A stretch of DNA of 63,963 nt, filler included, from Peribolospora baueri (GCA_029717555.1; 3 parts of 3 records of this genome joined end to end with filler, not necessarily neighbours in it), one strand, 5' to 3'; shown: positions 47,649 through 60,276, numbered from the whole stretch's first letter. Program-made: numbers and translations. The notes: generated by a model not told the origin, from the sequence alone.

Positions 47649-49840
47649 ATGTCGCCCGCCGCATCCACTTCGTACCGCCTTTTTCTCGGGGACGATCACG
47701 GCCTTCTCAAGGTCGCCCGTGTTCAGGTTCCAGGAGAGGGCGCGCAAACACACTTCCAGCTCCTAGATGTCGTCGTTGACGGCGCCGACTTTCCGCCTGC
47801 GGTGGAGAGAAGTGTGACGAGGATGGCCAAGGGGGAGGTAGACGGGAGGACAATTGTGGGTGTTCCTGTCTCCTCACGGGCGCAAATTGGTTGTTGATCT
47901 TCGTTTGACTGGCCCTTGCTCATCTTGACTATTTCGCTCTTGTCTCTCAGATCGCAGTGGCCCGCAAAGACGGCATGATCGACGCGCTATGCATCGTCGA
48001 TGAGGCGCAAGAAGACCCATCGAAATCAGCCGCTGAAGGAGACGCTGAGCCTGATGCAACGCGAAAGCGCGCTACGCTGCTCTTCTTCATTCACGAAGAC
48101 CGCTTCTTGGCCGGCAAGGAGCGCTTCGTGGGATTGCGTGTTGGGAAGGAGTGAGTGTGCCTTTGACTTCATCACTCGCCGTCAGATTGGATTTACTTGG
48201 CTCTCACGTTTATCCACATGCAGTGGCATCACCTCCGTGACCTCGCTCGGCAACTTCCGGCACACCCCTTGGCCCTCCCCACTGTTTCCCGACCCTCCCC
48301 GTACCGCGCCCCTCACGCCCTCTGAGCTTCCGAGCCCGACCACCTTTGAACTTCCGTCACCGCTGCACGGGCTGGCTTTCAACAGTGCGCCGGGAGTTTT
48401 GGAAAGGGAGGACGTCCCTTCTCCTACGTACTTTGCGTACGGAGGTCTCGACGTGCCGCTCTCCATTTGGGAGCTGGAGAGAGCGCTGGGCGGTCCTTCC
48501 CCCACCGGCGAATCTGTGCAGAACGGTGGCAGAGACGAAGAGAAGGTGGAAGAGGGTGCGGAGACAATGAATTCTAAGCAGAGGAAGAGGAAGAGGCAAG
48601 CGGACGCGAGGAGGAAAAGAGAAGAACTGATGTGGGGAGAAGTGTGGAGGGCTAAGAATGTGAGTCTTTGCTGCAGGTCTCTCCATTGCTTCTCCGCTCG
48701 CATCCTCGTTCCGTGCTCGTACCAGTTTTTCTCACCGATTGAGCAATCCGTTTGGCGCACCGCACAGCTCCCCAATGACTCAACCTCTCTCTCCCGTCCA
48801 CCAAACACCACCTGCGTCGCCTTCCTCACGCGCCCCTCTCTCCCATCGACGCCCACCTCCTCGTCGTCTGCTACACCAGCACTGCGATTAGCGACGGGGA
48901 CGAAAGAGGGATGGGTGCGGATCTACGAGACGTTTGGGAAAATGAATACGAGGAAGCCCTTAAAGGAGTGGAAGGTGCTGAGAGACGGTGGGGGCGCAAT
49001 AAAGGGTTTGCAGGAGGGGTCGCACGAGGGGTGAGTCGAGGCCTCCTCTACCTGAATGTGGTGCTTTCGACCTCGATTTGACTCTTCCTGTCTCCTTATC
49101 GAATCATTCCCGGCAAAGGGAACTCTTCATATGGGATACACAGAGCAGGTTGTATGTCCTTGACTGGCGAACGGGCAAGGTCCTTTACCACCACAAGGGT
49201 GAGCGCGCCGGATCACAAGGTCCTTCGGGGCAATGCCATGCTGACCCACCGACGCGCTCGCCACTCCGGATTTTCGTACGCACCGAAAGACATCACCGGT
49301 GCCATCTCCGCCGTCGTCCCTCTTTCCTCCATTCCGGTTGCTCCCTCTTCTCTAATCTCAAATCAGAAAGTCAACTTTGTCATCTCGACCTCCCTTGACC
49401 GACTCGTCCGACTGCATTCCTCTCCACCGATGCCTTTGCTCGCTCCCGAGGTTGCTCTTTCCACGAATACTTCATCGAGCAACGGCCTCTCCAAGGGACC
49501 CAAACAAGTGGGCTCCAAGCCCCCTGCGCTACGCGGGGAGACTCTCGGACACGTTTTCACCGGCACGGCACCCACTGCCGCCATTTTGGAGGGGCACGAG
49601 ACCGCCATCGCCGCTGACGCCGGCCAGGCGCAGAGAGCGGGAAAGGACGGCTACGAGGACGAGAGCGGGGACGAGGAAGAGATGTGGGGCGCTCTTGGCC
49701 GAGTGGAGGAGGGGAGTGAGGGTGGGGATGAGAATACGAGCGACGAAGAGGAGGAGAGGAAGGAGAAAAAACGATTGAAGGAGGAGCGAGTGAAGGGCAG
49801 TGGGAGGAAGAGAGCGAAAGCGAAGGAGTCTGGGAAGTGA
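47649..49840 (+). CDS. NSA1: Ribosome biogenesis WD40-like protein Nsa1/WDR74
   Basis: GDDHGLLKV N-terminus, FAYGG..VPLSIW, WRAKNLPND.TSL and STSLDRLVRLH; acidic/basic tail with EEMW. Confidence 0.8.
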
Positions 49841-50549
49841 CGCAGCCATATCCCGTTGGAACTGTGTCTGACCATCTTCATCAAGCGCGTGCACGGCAAT
49901 GATTTCCCGGCATGTAGTGTCCCGCGTCCGTGTATAGAAGGATGTCTAAAGGGGAAGAGGACACCTAATCGTCTTGATTGGGTGGATGGGAGGTTGGACG
50001 TCGTTTGCGAAACATGAACGAGCGAGGAAAGGAAGTTCGAGTCACTCTGCTAGTGACGCTGTTCCCTGCCGCTTATTGAGGGATGGCTCAGATGGCCCGC
50101 TCACGCTGGTGCTAGCGTTGGCTGCGACGGGTCGTGGTGTTGACCAAACAGTCTGAGTCTCGGCTGGCTGACAACTATCTCTGCTGGCTCATCAGCACCT
50201 CTTTTCCCCCGCATTGTCTCTCTCCGCTCGACAGCAGACCTTGAGCCGTCCAGACAAATGACAGACATCCGACATGCGGAATGAGACGAGACCTCAGGCG
50301 AGACTCGGTCAGAACGAAACCGTCTTCGTCAGCTGTTGTGCTCAGCTTTCTCATGCTGAACCAAGGCTGTCGCAACCTGGATTCCCCCCCCCCCCTCGAA
50401 GATATATCTAGACGGGGGGCGGGGAGGGTTGCTGACTCGATAGCACCACGACCCCTCTTATCTTCCAGTTGTCTGTTCACTCGACCAAGCATCCGACTAA
50501 TCCAGAAAACGCATCGGTCACCATTCAGCGCCTCCACGAACTCTTTACC

Positions 50550-51257
50550 ATGTCGTCTAACACCGCCGCCGCCGCTCAGTCGTACCGCCAGAACCCTCAG
50601 GCGGCCGAGTCGAACGATGGAGCGCTGTTCGGCGATGAAGACACGAAGGCGCTGCTGAAAAAGATGGTCATGTACCTTGCCAAAATCGCTGAAGAGGCCA
50701 GGGGGTGAGTACTTGGTGGCGCCTAATTGATCCGAACAGGAAGAAAAGGCGAAGGAGGCGAGGAAACTGACATCCGAACTCGACTCGACTCGACTCGCTC
50801 CTGCAACCGCCTGCCTCGACGAATCAGCATCAAGGAGGAGACCCACCAGGCCAGGGTGGAGTGCCACCAGGTCAAGGAGCACTGCGCAGGCATCAAGGAG
50901 CACTGCGCAGGCACCAAGGAGCACTGCGCCAACATCGATAACCACAGCAAGGAGACGAGGGACCATTGCAAGGCCACCAAGGAGCATTGTGCCGATATGA
51001 AAGAGCATTGCAAGGACATCAGGGTGAGCAGACGGGCGCAGAGCCGGCCGCCTTAAAAGGTCTGGCACTGGCACGCCGGTTGACCCTTCCATCTTCCTGA
51101 CTCTTTGCAGAAATCCGCCGACTCGTGCAAGTCGAGCTGCGAAGACCTGAAGAAATCGTGCGAAGGGATCGACAAGAACTGCGACAAGGTCAAGAAATCG
51201 TGCGATGGCATCGAGAAGAACACGGGCGAGTTTGTGCCCCGCATGTCTGCCGCTTGA
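50550..51257 (+). CDS. Small 3-exon protein with a Cys/His heptad-repeat coiled coil, function unknown
   Basis: Exons 50550-50704, 50828-51023 and 51111-51257 are joined in frame by canonical GT-AG introns. A 21-bp repeat encodes (x)xxKEHC and xxxKKSC heptads. Confidence 0.8.
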
Positions 51258-51596
51258 GCATGCCTGTTCCTCGACGTCTCCTCTCCTCTCCTCTCTGCCT
51301 CTTGTAGAGTACATTAATGCGAGGTGACACGACAAGAGGTGGTGAATGAGAACAAACAAATGTTTCATTTTTCGACCGACCTGTACGAGCGCCACTCTCG
51401 TTGAACGCCGGCGGGTGTCGCAGCTCAACACCGCCGTGCCGCAGCACCGGAATGAACACCGCCATGGGGACGTGCACGCGTCGGTCAAAAGACTCGACGT
51501 CGGCCGGTCGCACGTCGCACACCGCTTTCATCTCCACCTCCATCTCCCTCCTCCACTTCCTCTTCGCCCTTGACGCCGCATCGCAGACGCACAAGC

Positions 51597-53257
51597 ATGC
51601 CCGCCGTCGTGCCGTCCGTCCTCGAGCCGTTGCTCGCCAGGGCCGCGGCCTCCACGGGATCGAACTCGAGCAGGCTCGAGCCGAACATCACTCGTGCGTC
51701 TCGTTCTCCTTCGTTAGACTCAAGTCTCGCTTGTGGCTCGCTTTGCGGTCATGTGTGTGTGCATGCGAACCTGACCGACCATTCCGCTTCCTCTACTTTT
51801 CGCCCCTTTGCCCCTCTCTCCACCGAAAACGGCCTCGCAGAGCGAAATACCATCATTGTTGCATGCGCCTATGTAGCGATCATCATCATCCTTTGGAACG
51901 TGCCCATCCTGAACTACATCATATATCCCTTCAAGGTGCGCTCCCTGCGGTGGCAGGTGCCTTGGTGGGCATGGGGAGACGGACTCGTGGCGTTTGGCTC
52001 AATTCGTTCTCTCTCCCTCTGCGTGTTCCGTTGCCTTTTTCTCTCTGGCGATGAAGCTTCTTACTGTTGGCATGCACGAGGTGCGACCCGCTCGCTGTCC
52101 ATTTTTCGTCTTTTTCCTTGATCTTTGCTCACCCCGTCCGTCCGTTCGCTACTTTCGCGTCTCTCGCTCTCACCCCGCAGTTCTCCCACGCCCTTTTGGG
52201 TCTTCTTACCGGCGCAAAGATCGAGTCCATCACCCTTGACCCGGACGAAGGGGGAGCGACGCGCATGAGAGGCGGCATCCCTTGGATCACCCTGCCTGCA
52301 GGCTACTTGGGGAGCAGCCTCATCGGCGCCATCTTCATCGCTTGCGGCTTCGATGAGAAGGTGAGGGCCGCTATCGATCGCGGCGCGCACGTGTGGTGGG
52401 GAGGTGTAGACGCTGGAGCGATAGCCAGGTCTGGTGGATGGACAGTAATGGTTCTGACCGTCCGTCCGTGCGCCCGACCTCCAGGCCAGCAAGATTGCCT
52501 CTATTGTCCTCGCCTTCTTCTTCCTTGTCACGCTCTGGTGGGCGCGGAGAAACTGGCTGTGAGTCTCGCACTTGCCACCCTTTGTATCGCTCCACCTTTT
52601 GTATCGCTTCTCGTGCCAGTTCCGCTCACGTCCTCATCCTGCCATTACACAGCACGTGGGTCATCATCGTCGGTGTGGCGGGGCTGATCGTGCTGTTCTG
52701 GTTCGTAGCCCATGGCACCGTTCTGCGCTATCTCGTGCTGTTCATCGGCGTGATGAGCTGCCTGTATAGCGTGTGGGACATTGTCGATGACCGTAAGTGT
52801 TTCCATTCCACCGACCTGGCGCCGCCAGCTTGACTTGCTTGGCCTTTATCGCCTTTTTGTTCTGACCCACCGGCTTTCGGCCGTGTGGATGGGCCCTCTC
52901 ATGTTTCCTCTTCTCGACCAACGCTCACAGTCATTCGACGCAAAGTGAACACGAGCGACGCCAGCCAGTTCGCCCACGTCATCGGATGCTGCCCGCCGCA
53001 GGTGTGGGGCGTCGTTTGGCTGTTCATCAGCTTGGTGAGCGCCCTGCCCTGTCTCGATCTGTCAGATCGGGCGCGGGTGAAGTGGCAGAGACTGGGAGAT
53101 GAACGCGGACGATCGTCGGCTGACTTGCCGTTCTCCTCGCTCGCTCCTCCGCGTACAGGGCTTCTTCGCGCTCGGCATCATCGTTGGCATTCTCGCCTTC
53201 AAGGACAGCGCATCGCAGCAGCAGCAGGAGAACCAATCATTCCTCCCGACCAGATGA
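51597..53257 (+). CDS. Peptidase M50B-like membrane protein (multi-exon)
   Basis: YPFKLLTVGMHEFSHA (HExxH), DPDEGGATRMRGG, TLPAGYLGSS, YSVWDIVDD and SDASQFA. Confidence 0.9.
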
Positions 53258-56200
53258 TCGGATCGGAATCTCGCAGCGAACGACGTCCCGACGACGACGT
53301 CCGATGAACCATGCTGCGCGTGGGAAGACGCGAATTGGAAGGTGTATATACCTATACCCGGATGAGCGAATCGACGGACGGACGGACGGACGGACGGACG
53401 ATGGGCCGGCCCGGATTCGCGCTCAACTGGACGATCCCTCTCTTCTATCGATCGGGCAGGGTGCCCGGCAGCTCGTCGCGGACGCCCTCTTCTTCTTCTT
53501 CTTCTCCTTCCTGCCTACACCTTGTATTTTCTCCCAACCGCACCCGGTTCCGGTTGTTCGAATCCATCGATTGTATTCCCAGCGCCATCCTTCCGGCTCA
53601 ACCCTACCCTGTTCGAGTCGTGGATAGGAAACTCAAAACCGAACGAGGCGGAAGGAAGTAAAAGACTGGAAGGGGGAACAGAGAAGGCATGTCCCTGACC
53701 TCCGAACCTCTCGACCACGAGGGCAGGTCAGTCGACGACGACGACGACTCGAGGCCAGGACGAGAGGCTGGAAGAAGGCAGGGGCGAAAAAGCAGAGAAG
53801 AAGGGTAAGGCGCGGGACCAACGAGCGTCCGTCCCCGTCCCAGTCCCCTCCCCTCCGTCCCTTGCTCGTTTTCGCACCGCGCTTCACCTCGCTCTTCATG
53901 GGCATCATGTCCGGCGGGCATAAAGCGATGCTAGAATGGCCAACTCGGTGGCTGGCGACTAGGAGAGACGAGGAGAAGAACAGAACATGGAAAATGGAAC
54001 GAAGAAGATGACCCGGGATGTCGAATCCCGGAAGAAGCCCGATTGCCAACGCGGCAAGGCAGGCAAGACTCGCAACAACGGGTCCCGTGCGCCCAAAAAC
54101 TGACGATTCCTATCCACTTGCCAGGAACGGCACTCTGAATACGCACAACAGCGGTGCCTCGCCCCATCCGATGCCGCTTACCTCCGGTACTTGTTCCTTT
54201 CCTTCCGAGATGTCCACCCCCTGCCCTCGGCCAACAACACGGACAAGAAAGAAAGAAAAGAAAGAAAATTGTCGGTGCTTCTCGAACCTCCCGCCCAAGT
54301 CGCGATCCTCTCCGTCCAGGCGAGGCCTCTTAGAGCGGAAGGCGTCAAGGTACACCGAACAGTGGAAACTCCGCTCCGATCGACAGACCGAATCGGCGTC
54401 CCTTGTCATTATTGCACCGTAATACAACCATGACGACGCGTCCTCCGCCATTTCCTCCCCTCTCGAACCTGCGACACGAGGGGGAGGTTCGGAGCGGGCT
54501 TAAACCGGTGCTTTGACGCATGACTGGACGGGCAATGGGTGGACAGACGATGGATGTGGGGGAGAGAAAAGAAGGGTTGCGTGAAAGCAAAACACCACGC
54601 GACGAGCGGGCTTGGGTCATGGCTGCTTTGGACGAGCGCGGGGAACGAGTGCTCGCATGGTTCGTGTTCGTGCCGATGACGAGTAGAATTCCGGAGCGAG
54701 GAGCTCTTGCACACCAGCGCAGCTCCGGACACGCCACTACCAATCGATAGCGCCCCTACCCCTTGAGCGTTTCACGTCTCCCCTCTTCTTCTTCTCTTCC
54801 TTCCTGCGCGTGTCCTCCGCAGCGGCGAGCCTTCTTACCCGTTCGCTCTGCTCCGGAGAAGTCTCGCCCGTTAGGCGGGAGGAAGCAAGGGTGAGGAGGT
54901 GTGCGCTGAGCTGGTGAAGGAGATCGCGCGGGCATGAAATCCAGCGAGGAGGATGACCTAGTTGGTAACCGGACGTCGAAGGGTCACACGGAGGGAGCCG
55001 CGCAAGCCACACGCGAGGATACGAACAGAAGAACGTACTTTGTATAAGGCATCCTCTACGTTTGCATCTTGTGTTCGGGAGCGCTGAGAGGAGACGAGGA
55101 GCGAATGTGACGAAGTCACGTAGTAAGGCTGCACGAGGACGACATCGACGACGAGAACGAGGATGCGGCAGAAGTTAATGATGGGCAAATCGTCAGATAG
55201 CTCAGCGCCCAGGGAGCGCACGGCCTATGCAATCGAGCGGGAGCCATTCCCGCAAAGGATGAACGCCTCAAAGATGGGAGCGAGAAGGCGATGACCGCAC
55301 CGAACGGAGGGCCGATTCGACCACGAAATCTGGTAGGAAGGCTGCAGCTTTCTTGAGGTCCAGCCGGACCGTCGCTTTTGTGCTTACTGGAACGATGAAA
55401 TGGATTATTAGAGGATGGAGAAAACAAAGTGGGGGATAATGAAAACGTCAGCGGTGCTTGGGGCGTGAGGGGAGGTAAGGGCTGCCACGGAAGGATGGGA
55501 GGCTGGGATAAGGAGTATGGGGAGGGAATGCGGAATGGACGTCGGCACGACACGACCGCGGTCGCCAGACCGAGCGACGCTAAGACTCACGTTTGTTGAC
55601 ATTCTGTCCTCCAGGCCCGCTACTTCTGGAGAAAGAAATCTCGACGTCCTCTGCGAACAAAGAAAAGAGTGTCAAATGAATCGGTCGAGCGGGCGCTGCA
55701 GGAAAGATGGGGCGGACAGACTGTTGAGGATGGCATCTCGAAGCGCATGCTCACCTATTCGCAAGCCCCTTCGCTCGAGAGCCTTAGCCTGCTTTCTCCA
55801 TCTCCGCATCTCCTCTTCGTCTGGGTTGTTTGCCGGCGAGGACGATGGAGCGGAACGGTGAGCATCGTACTTTGGCTTCACCTTGCTCAACCTCGCGGCG
55901 GTGAAAAAGGTCCTGCCCTTCCGTGTTCGGCTGTCCCCCGCGGGAAAAAAGCCGGCCCGACGGGCCCATATAGAGTGACCAGTCGAATTCGCATCGAACA
56001 AGTACGGAAAGGAGGCCAGCCGTGGCAGAGAGGGCAGCGAGTAGGGACCAAGGGGTGCTCGGCAGACGAGAAGGTCCACGAAGCGTGCCTGCCTCATCCT
56101 CGTCCCAGCCGGCGGCAGAAGAGGGAGAAGGGGATGGAGAAAGGAGGGGCGAAAGAAGAAGAGGTGCTATGGGAGCAAGTGATGAGCGGAGGACATAGCG

Positions 56201-56507
56201 TGGCCGAGGTAGCCAGGATGGATGTGATGGGGAAGGCCGTGGTGGTCGAGAAGGAAGAACTTAGGGTTAGGGTTAGACTACCCCTTACGTGACGAGAGCC
56301 TGAGTGAACGCCTTGGCAGTGGTCGGCATTGTATCTCTCTTGAGAAAATTTATGATGCCTTCGAAGCCCATCAGACGGAGGGTTTACAACGCCGTGTCAC
56401 TCTACATTTGCGCGCTCACATGAATGTCCCAGACGTGAAAGTGAGCAAAGATCTTGGTTTCTTCACGCAACACGGCTCCAGAGCACCGTTTATATACATA
56501 CCACGGG

Positions 56508-57890
56508 TCAATCTATACAGCTGCAGCTGGCTAGAGAGAGGGCGTCACTGGAACATACGAAGAAGCGGTGGGTGCTCCGCTCCGCCATACTAATCACGTT
56601 AAATGCCTCAGAATGTATACCAGTCGGACCCAACGGGAAGACCTTACTAGTCATGTTCAAGGGGCCACGAGTCGCACAGCTTTTGCAGTTTGTAGGAAAA
56701 CTGCGAGCCGAGGCGACGATGGCGGGCCACCAGTACATCGCGCGTCGCCTCGGCCAGGGACTTGTAGGCGAGCTTGATTTGGGATTCAATATGCGGCAGT
56801 CAATGGGAGGGGTCAGCGCTGCACCGTCCTTCCAGAAGGACTCGTCCAAGACAAGCCCGGAGAGCCATGCGGTGTGCTGGGCGGCTTCCGTTTGATTTTC
56901 GTAATACTCGTCCAGTGCCGGACCTTCGAGTCCACTAGCATCGAGGTCTTGGAGGATGCCTAAAGCCATTTCAATGTCCATAATGTCAGTATCGCCGGAG
57001 TCAATCCGGTCGACTTGCATGGCACTTGCGCCGCTGTCCGACTGGCCCGCATTGGTGAGGTCCATCAGGGGTACGCGCGATGAGGCGACACCCTTGGCGA
57101 TGGGCTGGACATGGCTGGCGTTGGACGGAGTGGCGGCCGTGACTTCGGGATTCAAACAAAGTTGAGCTTGGCGCTCACTTTCGAAGCTGTGCAGCTCTTT
57201 GCGGAACTTGCGTGGGGCCAGGAGCAGTCTTCGGTGAGTCAACCTTCGTGCCGCCGTCCTGCAGACAGGCGCGACGACCTTGAGTAGAGATCTCCTTGGG
57301 GAAGTCGCCCCAAACGCGACGAAGCCCGTTCACTTGGGAGATCACGTCTGCTTTGTTGGTTGTGCGGCCCATCGCAACACTATGCAGGTCGGTCTGAAGG
57401 AATCCCACCTGGTACGCCGTGCCGAACACCTTGGATCCCGTCGCATGTCCCATGCCAGCCTCGCGATCGGCGACGGTGATGCCCCGCGTTGTTGAGAGCA
57501 TTACCGACAAAACGACGAAACATGTATGGGACGACGCGGTCTGTTACGATGGGAGAGTGGCTTCAGAAGGCAGGCGAAGGAGGGGGCATCGCACGCACCA
57601 TTCATAGATGCTCACCTGTGATACCAACGCAAACGCCAATCCACTTCAGGTCCTTCCGAAAGATTTCGTCGTGTAGCGGCCGATCAATGGCGACGCTGCC
57701 AGATCCACGCTCGACGCGTCGCATGACGAACGTGTTCTTGGCCTCCGGCTTGATTTCGAGGCGCATGGTCTCGCCGCGCTTGAGCCGGTCGAGCGCTTGG
57801 AAGAACTGGTCGGCCGAGGTGATGTGCATGAAAATTTGATCATGCAGAGCCACCTCTTCAACGTCTCGTCGTATATAAACGGTGAACAAG
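56508..57890 (-). pseudogene. Decayed DUF3435-like tyrosine recombinase (Starship captain-type), 5'-truncated
   Basis: After splicing an intron at about 57541-57615 and one frameshift it reads LKWIGVCVGITDRVVPYMFRRFVGNALNNAGITVADREAGMGHATGSKVFGTAYQ, matching the YxxRR / MGH / Y catalytic boxes. Upstream: ALHDQIF...FVMRRVERG...DRPL. Confidence 0.65.
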
Positions 57891-58172
57891 AATGCATACT
57901 AGTGGAAACTTGCGCGCCGCGCCGCTCATCAGAATCCAAGCGTAAAAGAGATCAAAAGGGCAATGTCTGGCACCCAAGCGACTCTGCACAAGCTCTGCTG
58001 AGACGACCGCCGAAAGGATGTACAGACAGAGAGGAAGAAACAGATGACACCAACGCAGCCGTAGAAGCAGGAAATGATCTCAGTGTGAAGCCGGTGGTCA
58101 GCGACACGTGAAGAGGCCGGCCCTTCCTGTGGCCGGGAGAAAGGACAAAAGTGGAAAAGTGGTGGACGAGCT

Positions 58173-58462
58173 AGCTACGGTGCTGCACCTGTTCATGAAC
58201 ATGTATATAAAGAGAGCCCGACAGGGCGTCCGCATCTTTCCTCCCCAAGCTAAGAATACTTTTGTCACCGCTCAGGTTTCCTCCAGAGTTCCCCGTCCAG
58301 CATCAGCTCCTCTGTCCCAGCCTCCGCCCCATCCTCATTCCTGTCCTCGTCCCTGTCCCCGACTTGCCTGCTCCTTGCTTTGCGTCGACTTCCGGTGGAC
58401 CTCCATTCCGGCCTCCGTCCCTCGCTCGTGACCCGACCTGCGTAGGGAAGTCCTCCCTGACA
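58173..58462 (+). mobile_element. Partial solo LTR, same family as 19391-19847
   Basis: About 290 bp near-identical to the reverse complement of 19391-19680. Ends at the same TGACA and lacks the 30-bp array. Confidence 0.9.
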
Positions 58463-58701
58463 GACTCAAGGTTGGACGGGAGAGAGGTCTAGGCCGCGCG
58501 GGACTTACCCCAGGAAAGATGGCCAGTCATGGCTGAATTTCAGGCAGCAGGGAGGGAGCTAGAAGCTAGGACGGATGGCTGAAGAAAACTATAGGAAGGC
58601 GCGGGTTATACCTTGGACAATCGCCAGTTCGGAAGGTTCCGGTATCGGGAGATCCCGAGGTCGATTCCTGACACTCATTCTGAGACACCTAGTTTGCCAC
58701 G

Positions 58702-59869
58702 TTAAACTATACCCAATGCTTTCCGGCCATCCACGATAGTCACAAAGCCAGCGGGACTTCCGACGACCAATCGGCCGCTGTGCAATGCTTGAGCAACCCC
58801 TCTGTTTTCCAATGGCATCCACCATTGTCTCCTGCCCCAGTCGTCCTTCACCCATCCATCCTTGTCGACCAAGAGCAACTTCTGCTGCGACATTTCAGCA
58901 AGTTCTTGGCTTTCCATGCCTTCGCCACCAGACGGAATAGCAGCATCATTAGCCATCTTCCACACAAGGACTTCTTCCACCGACATCGAGACGATCCGCT
59001 TCCCGTCTCGGGAGAAGGCGACCGAGAAAACCGGACCCGTATCACCTTCGAGTCTACCGACCGCCTCGCCCGTCGACGCGTCCCACATCCGGAGGGTGCT
59101 GTCGCCCGTGCTGTCGCCCGAACGAGAGACGATTCGTTTCCCATCTGGGGAGAAGGCGACCGAGAGGACCCGACCCGTGTGACCTTCGAGCGGTCTACCG
59201 ATCGCCTCACCCGTCGACGCGTCCCGCATCCGGAGGGTGTTGTCGTGGGAACCAGAGACGATTCGCTTCCCATCTGGGGAGAACGCGACCGACGTGACCC
59301 AACTCGTGTGACCTTCGAGCGGTCTACCGATCGCCTCACCCGTCGACGCGTCCCACATCCGGAGGGTGTTGTCATCCGAATCAGAGACGATTCGCTTCCC
59401 ATCTGGGGAGAAGGCGACCGAGAGGACCGAACTCGTGTGACCTTCGAGCGGTCTACCGATCGCCTCACCCGTCGACGCGTCCCACATCCGGAGGGTGTTG
59501 TCATACGAACCAGAGACGATTCGCTTCCCGTCTGGGGAGAAGGCGACCGAGAGGACCCGACCCGTGTGACCTTCGAGCGGTCTACCGATCGCCTCGCCCG
59601 TCGACGCGTCCCACATCCGGAGGGTGTTGTCGTGGGAACCAGAGACGATTCGCTTCCCATCTGGGGAGAAGGCGACCGAGAGGACCGAACTCGTGTGACC
59701 TTCGAGCGGTCTACCGATCGCCTCACCCGTCGACGCGTCCCACATCCGGAGGGTGTTGTCGTGGGAACCAGAGACGATTCGCTTCCCATCTGGGGAGAAC
59801 GCGACCGACGTGACCCAACTCGTGTGACCTTCGAGCGGTCTACCGATCGCCTCACCCGTCGACGCGTCC
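58702..59869 (-). CDS. WD40-repeat C-terminus of a HET-E-like NLR (partial at contig edge)
   Basis: At least 7 highly conserved 129-bp WD40 units (GHT..V.SVAFSPDGKRIVSGS.DNTLRMWD). C-terminal tail is homologous to the gene at 60802. Confidence 0.9.
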
Positions 59870-59969
59870 NNNNNNNNNNNNNNNNNNNNNNNNNNNNNNN
59901 NNNNNNNNNNNNNTTAATTAATTAANNNNNNNNNNNNNNNNNNNNNNNNNNNNNNNNNNNNNNNNNNNN
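59870..59969. other. Artificial contig-joining spacer
   Basis: 44 N + TTAATTAATTAA + 44 N. Confidence 0.98.
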
Positions 59970-60196
59970 CAAACCCCCCGGGACAATAGAGAGCAGTCAT
60001 AGTTTCTCGAAGCCGATCGTCCGCCAGCAGTGGCCAGCCTCGCGGCCTGCAAATCTCGTCCCCCTTGTCTTCTTCTGCTTGACGGTACGAGTCAACGTAG
60101 ACTGCTCGAGCATCGAAGATTAGGCCCATTTTGGAGTGGTCCAGTGTCATGAACGCCGCCTCCGATCCGAGATGACACGACTGCCTTGCGCCGATG

Positions 60197-60276
60197 CATG
60201 TATATATAGGGGGCCCGACGGGGCCTCCACCTCTCCTTTCCCCAAGCTAGAGATACTTTTGTCACCACTCAGGTTC
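60197..60276 (+). mobile_element. Diverged LTR core (TATA region) related to the 19391/58173 LTR family
   Basis: CATGTATATA..GCCCGAC.GGG...CCCCAAGCTA..ATACTTTTGTCACC.CTCAGGTT is shared with 58200-58279. Confidence 0.65.

Noticed and set aside
50175..51488. 437-aa minus-strand ORF
   Set aside because: Antisense shadow of the spliced plus-strand Cys-heptad gene, which has canonical splice sites.
53300..56250. Assorted 60-200 aa ORFs
   Set aside because: No recognisable motifs or consistent exon chain; left unannotated.
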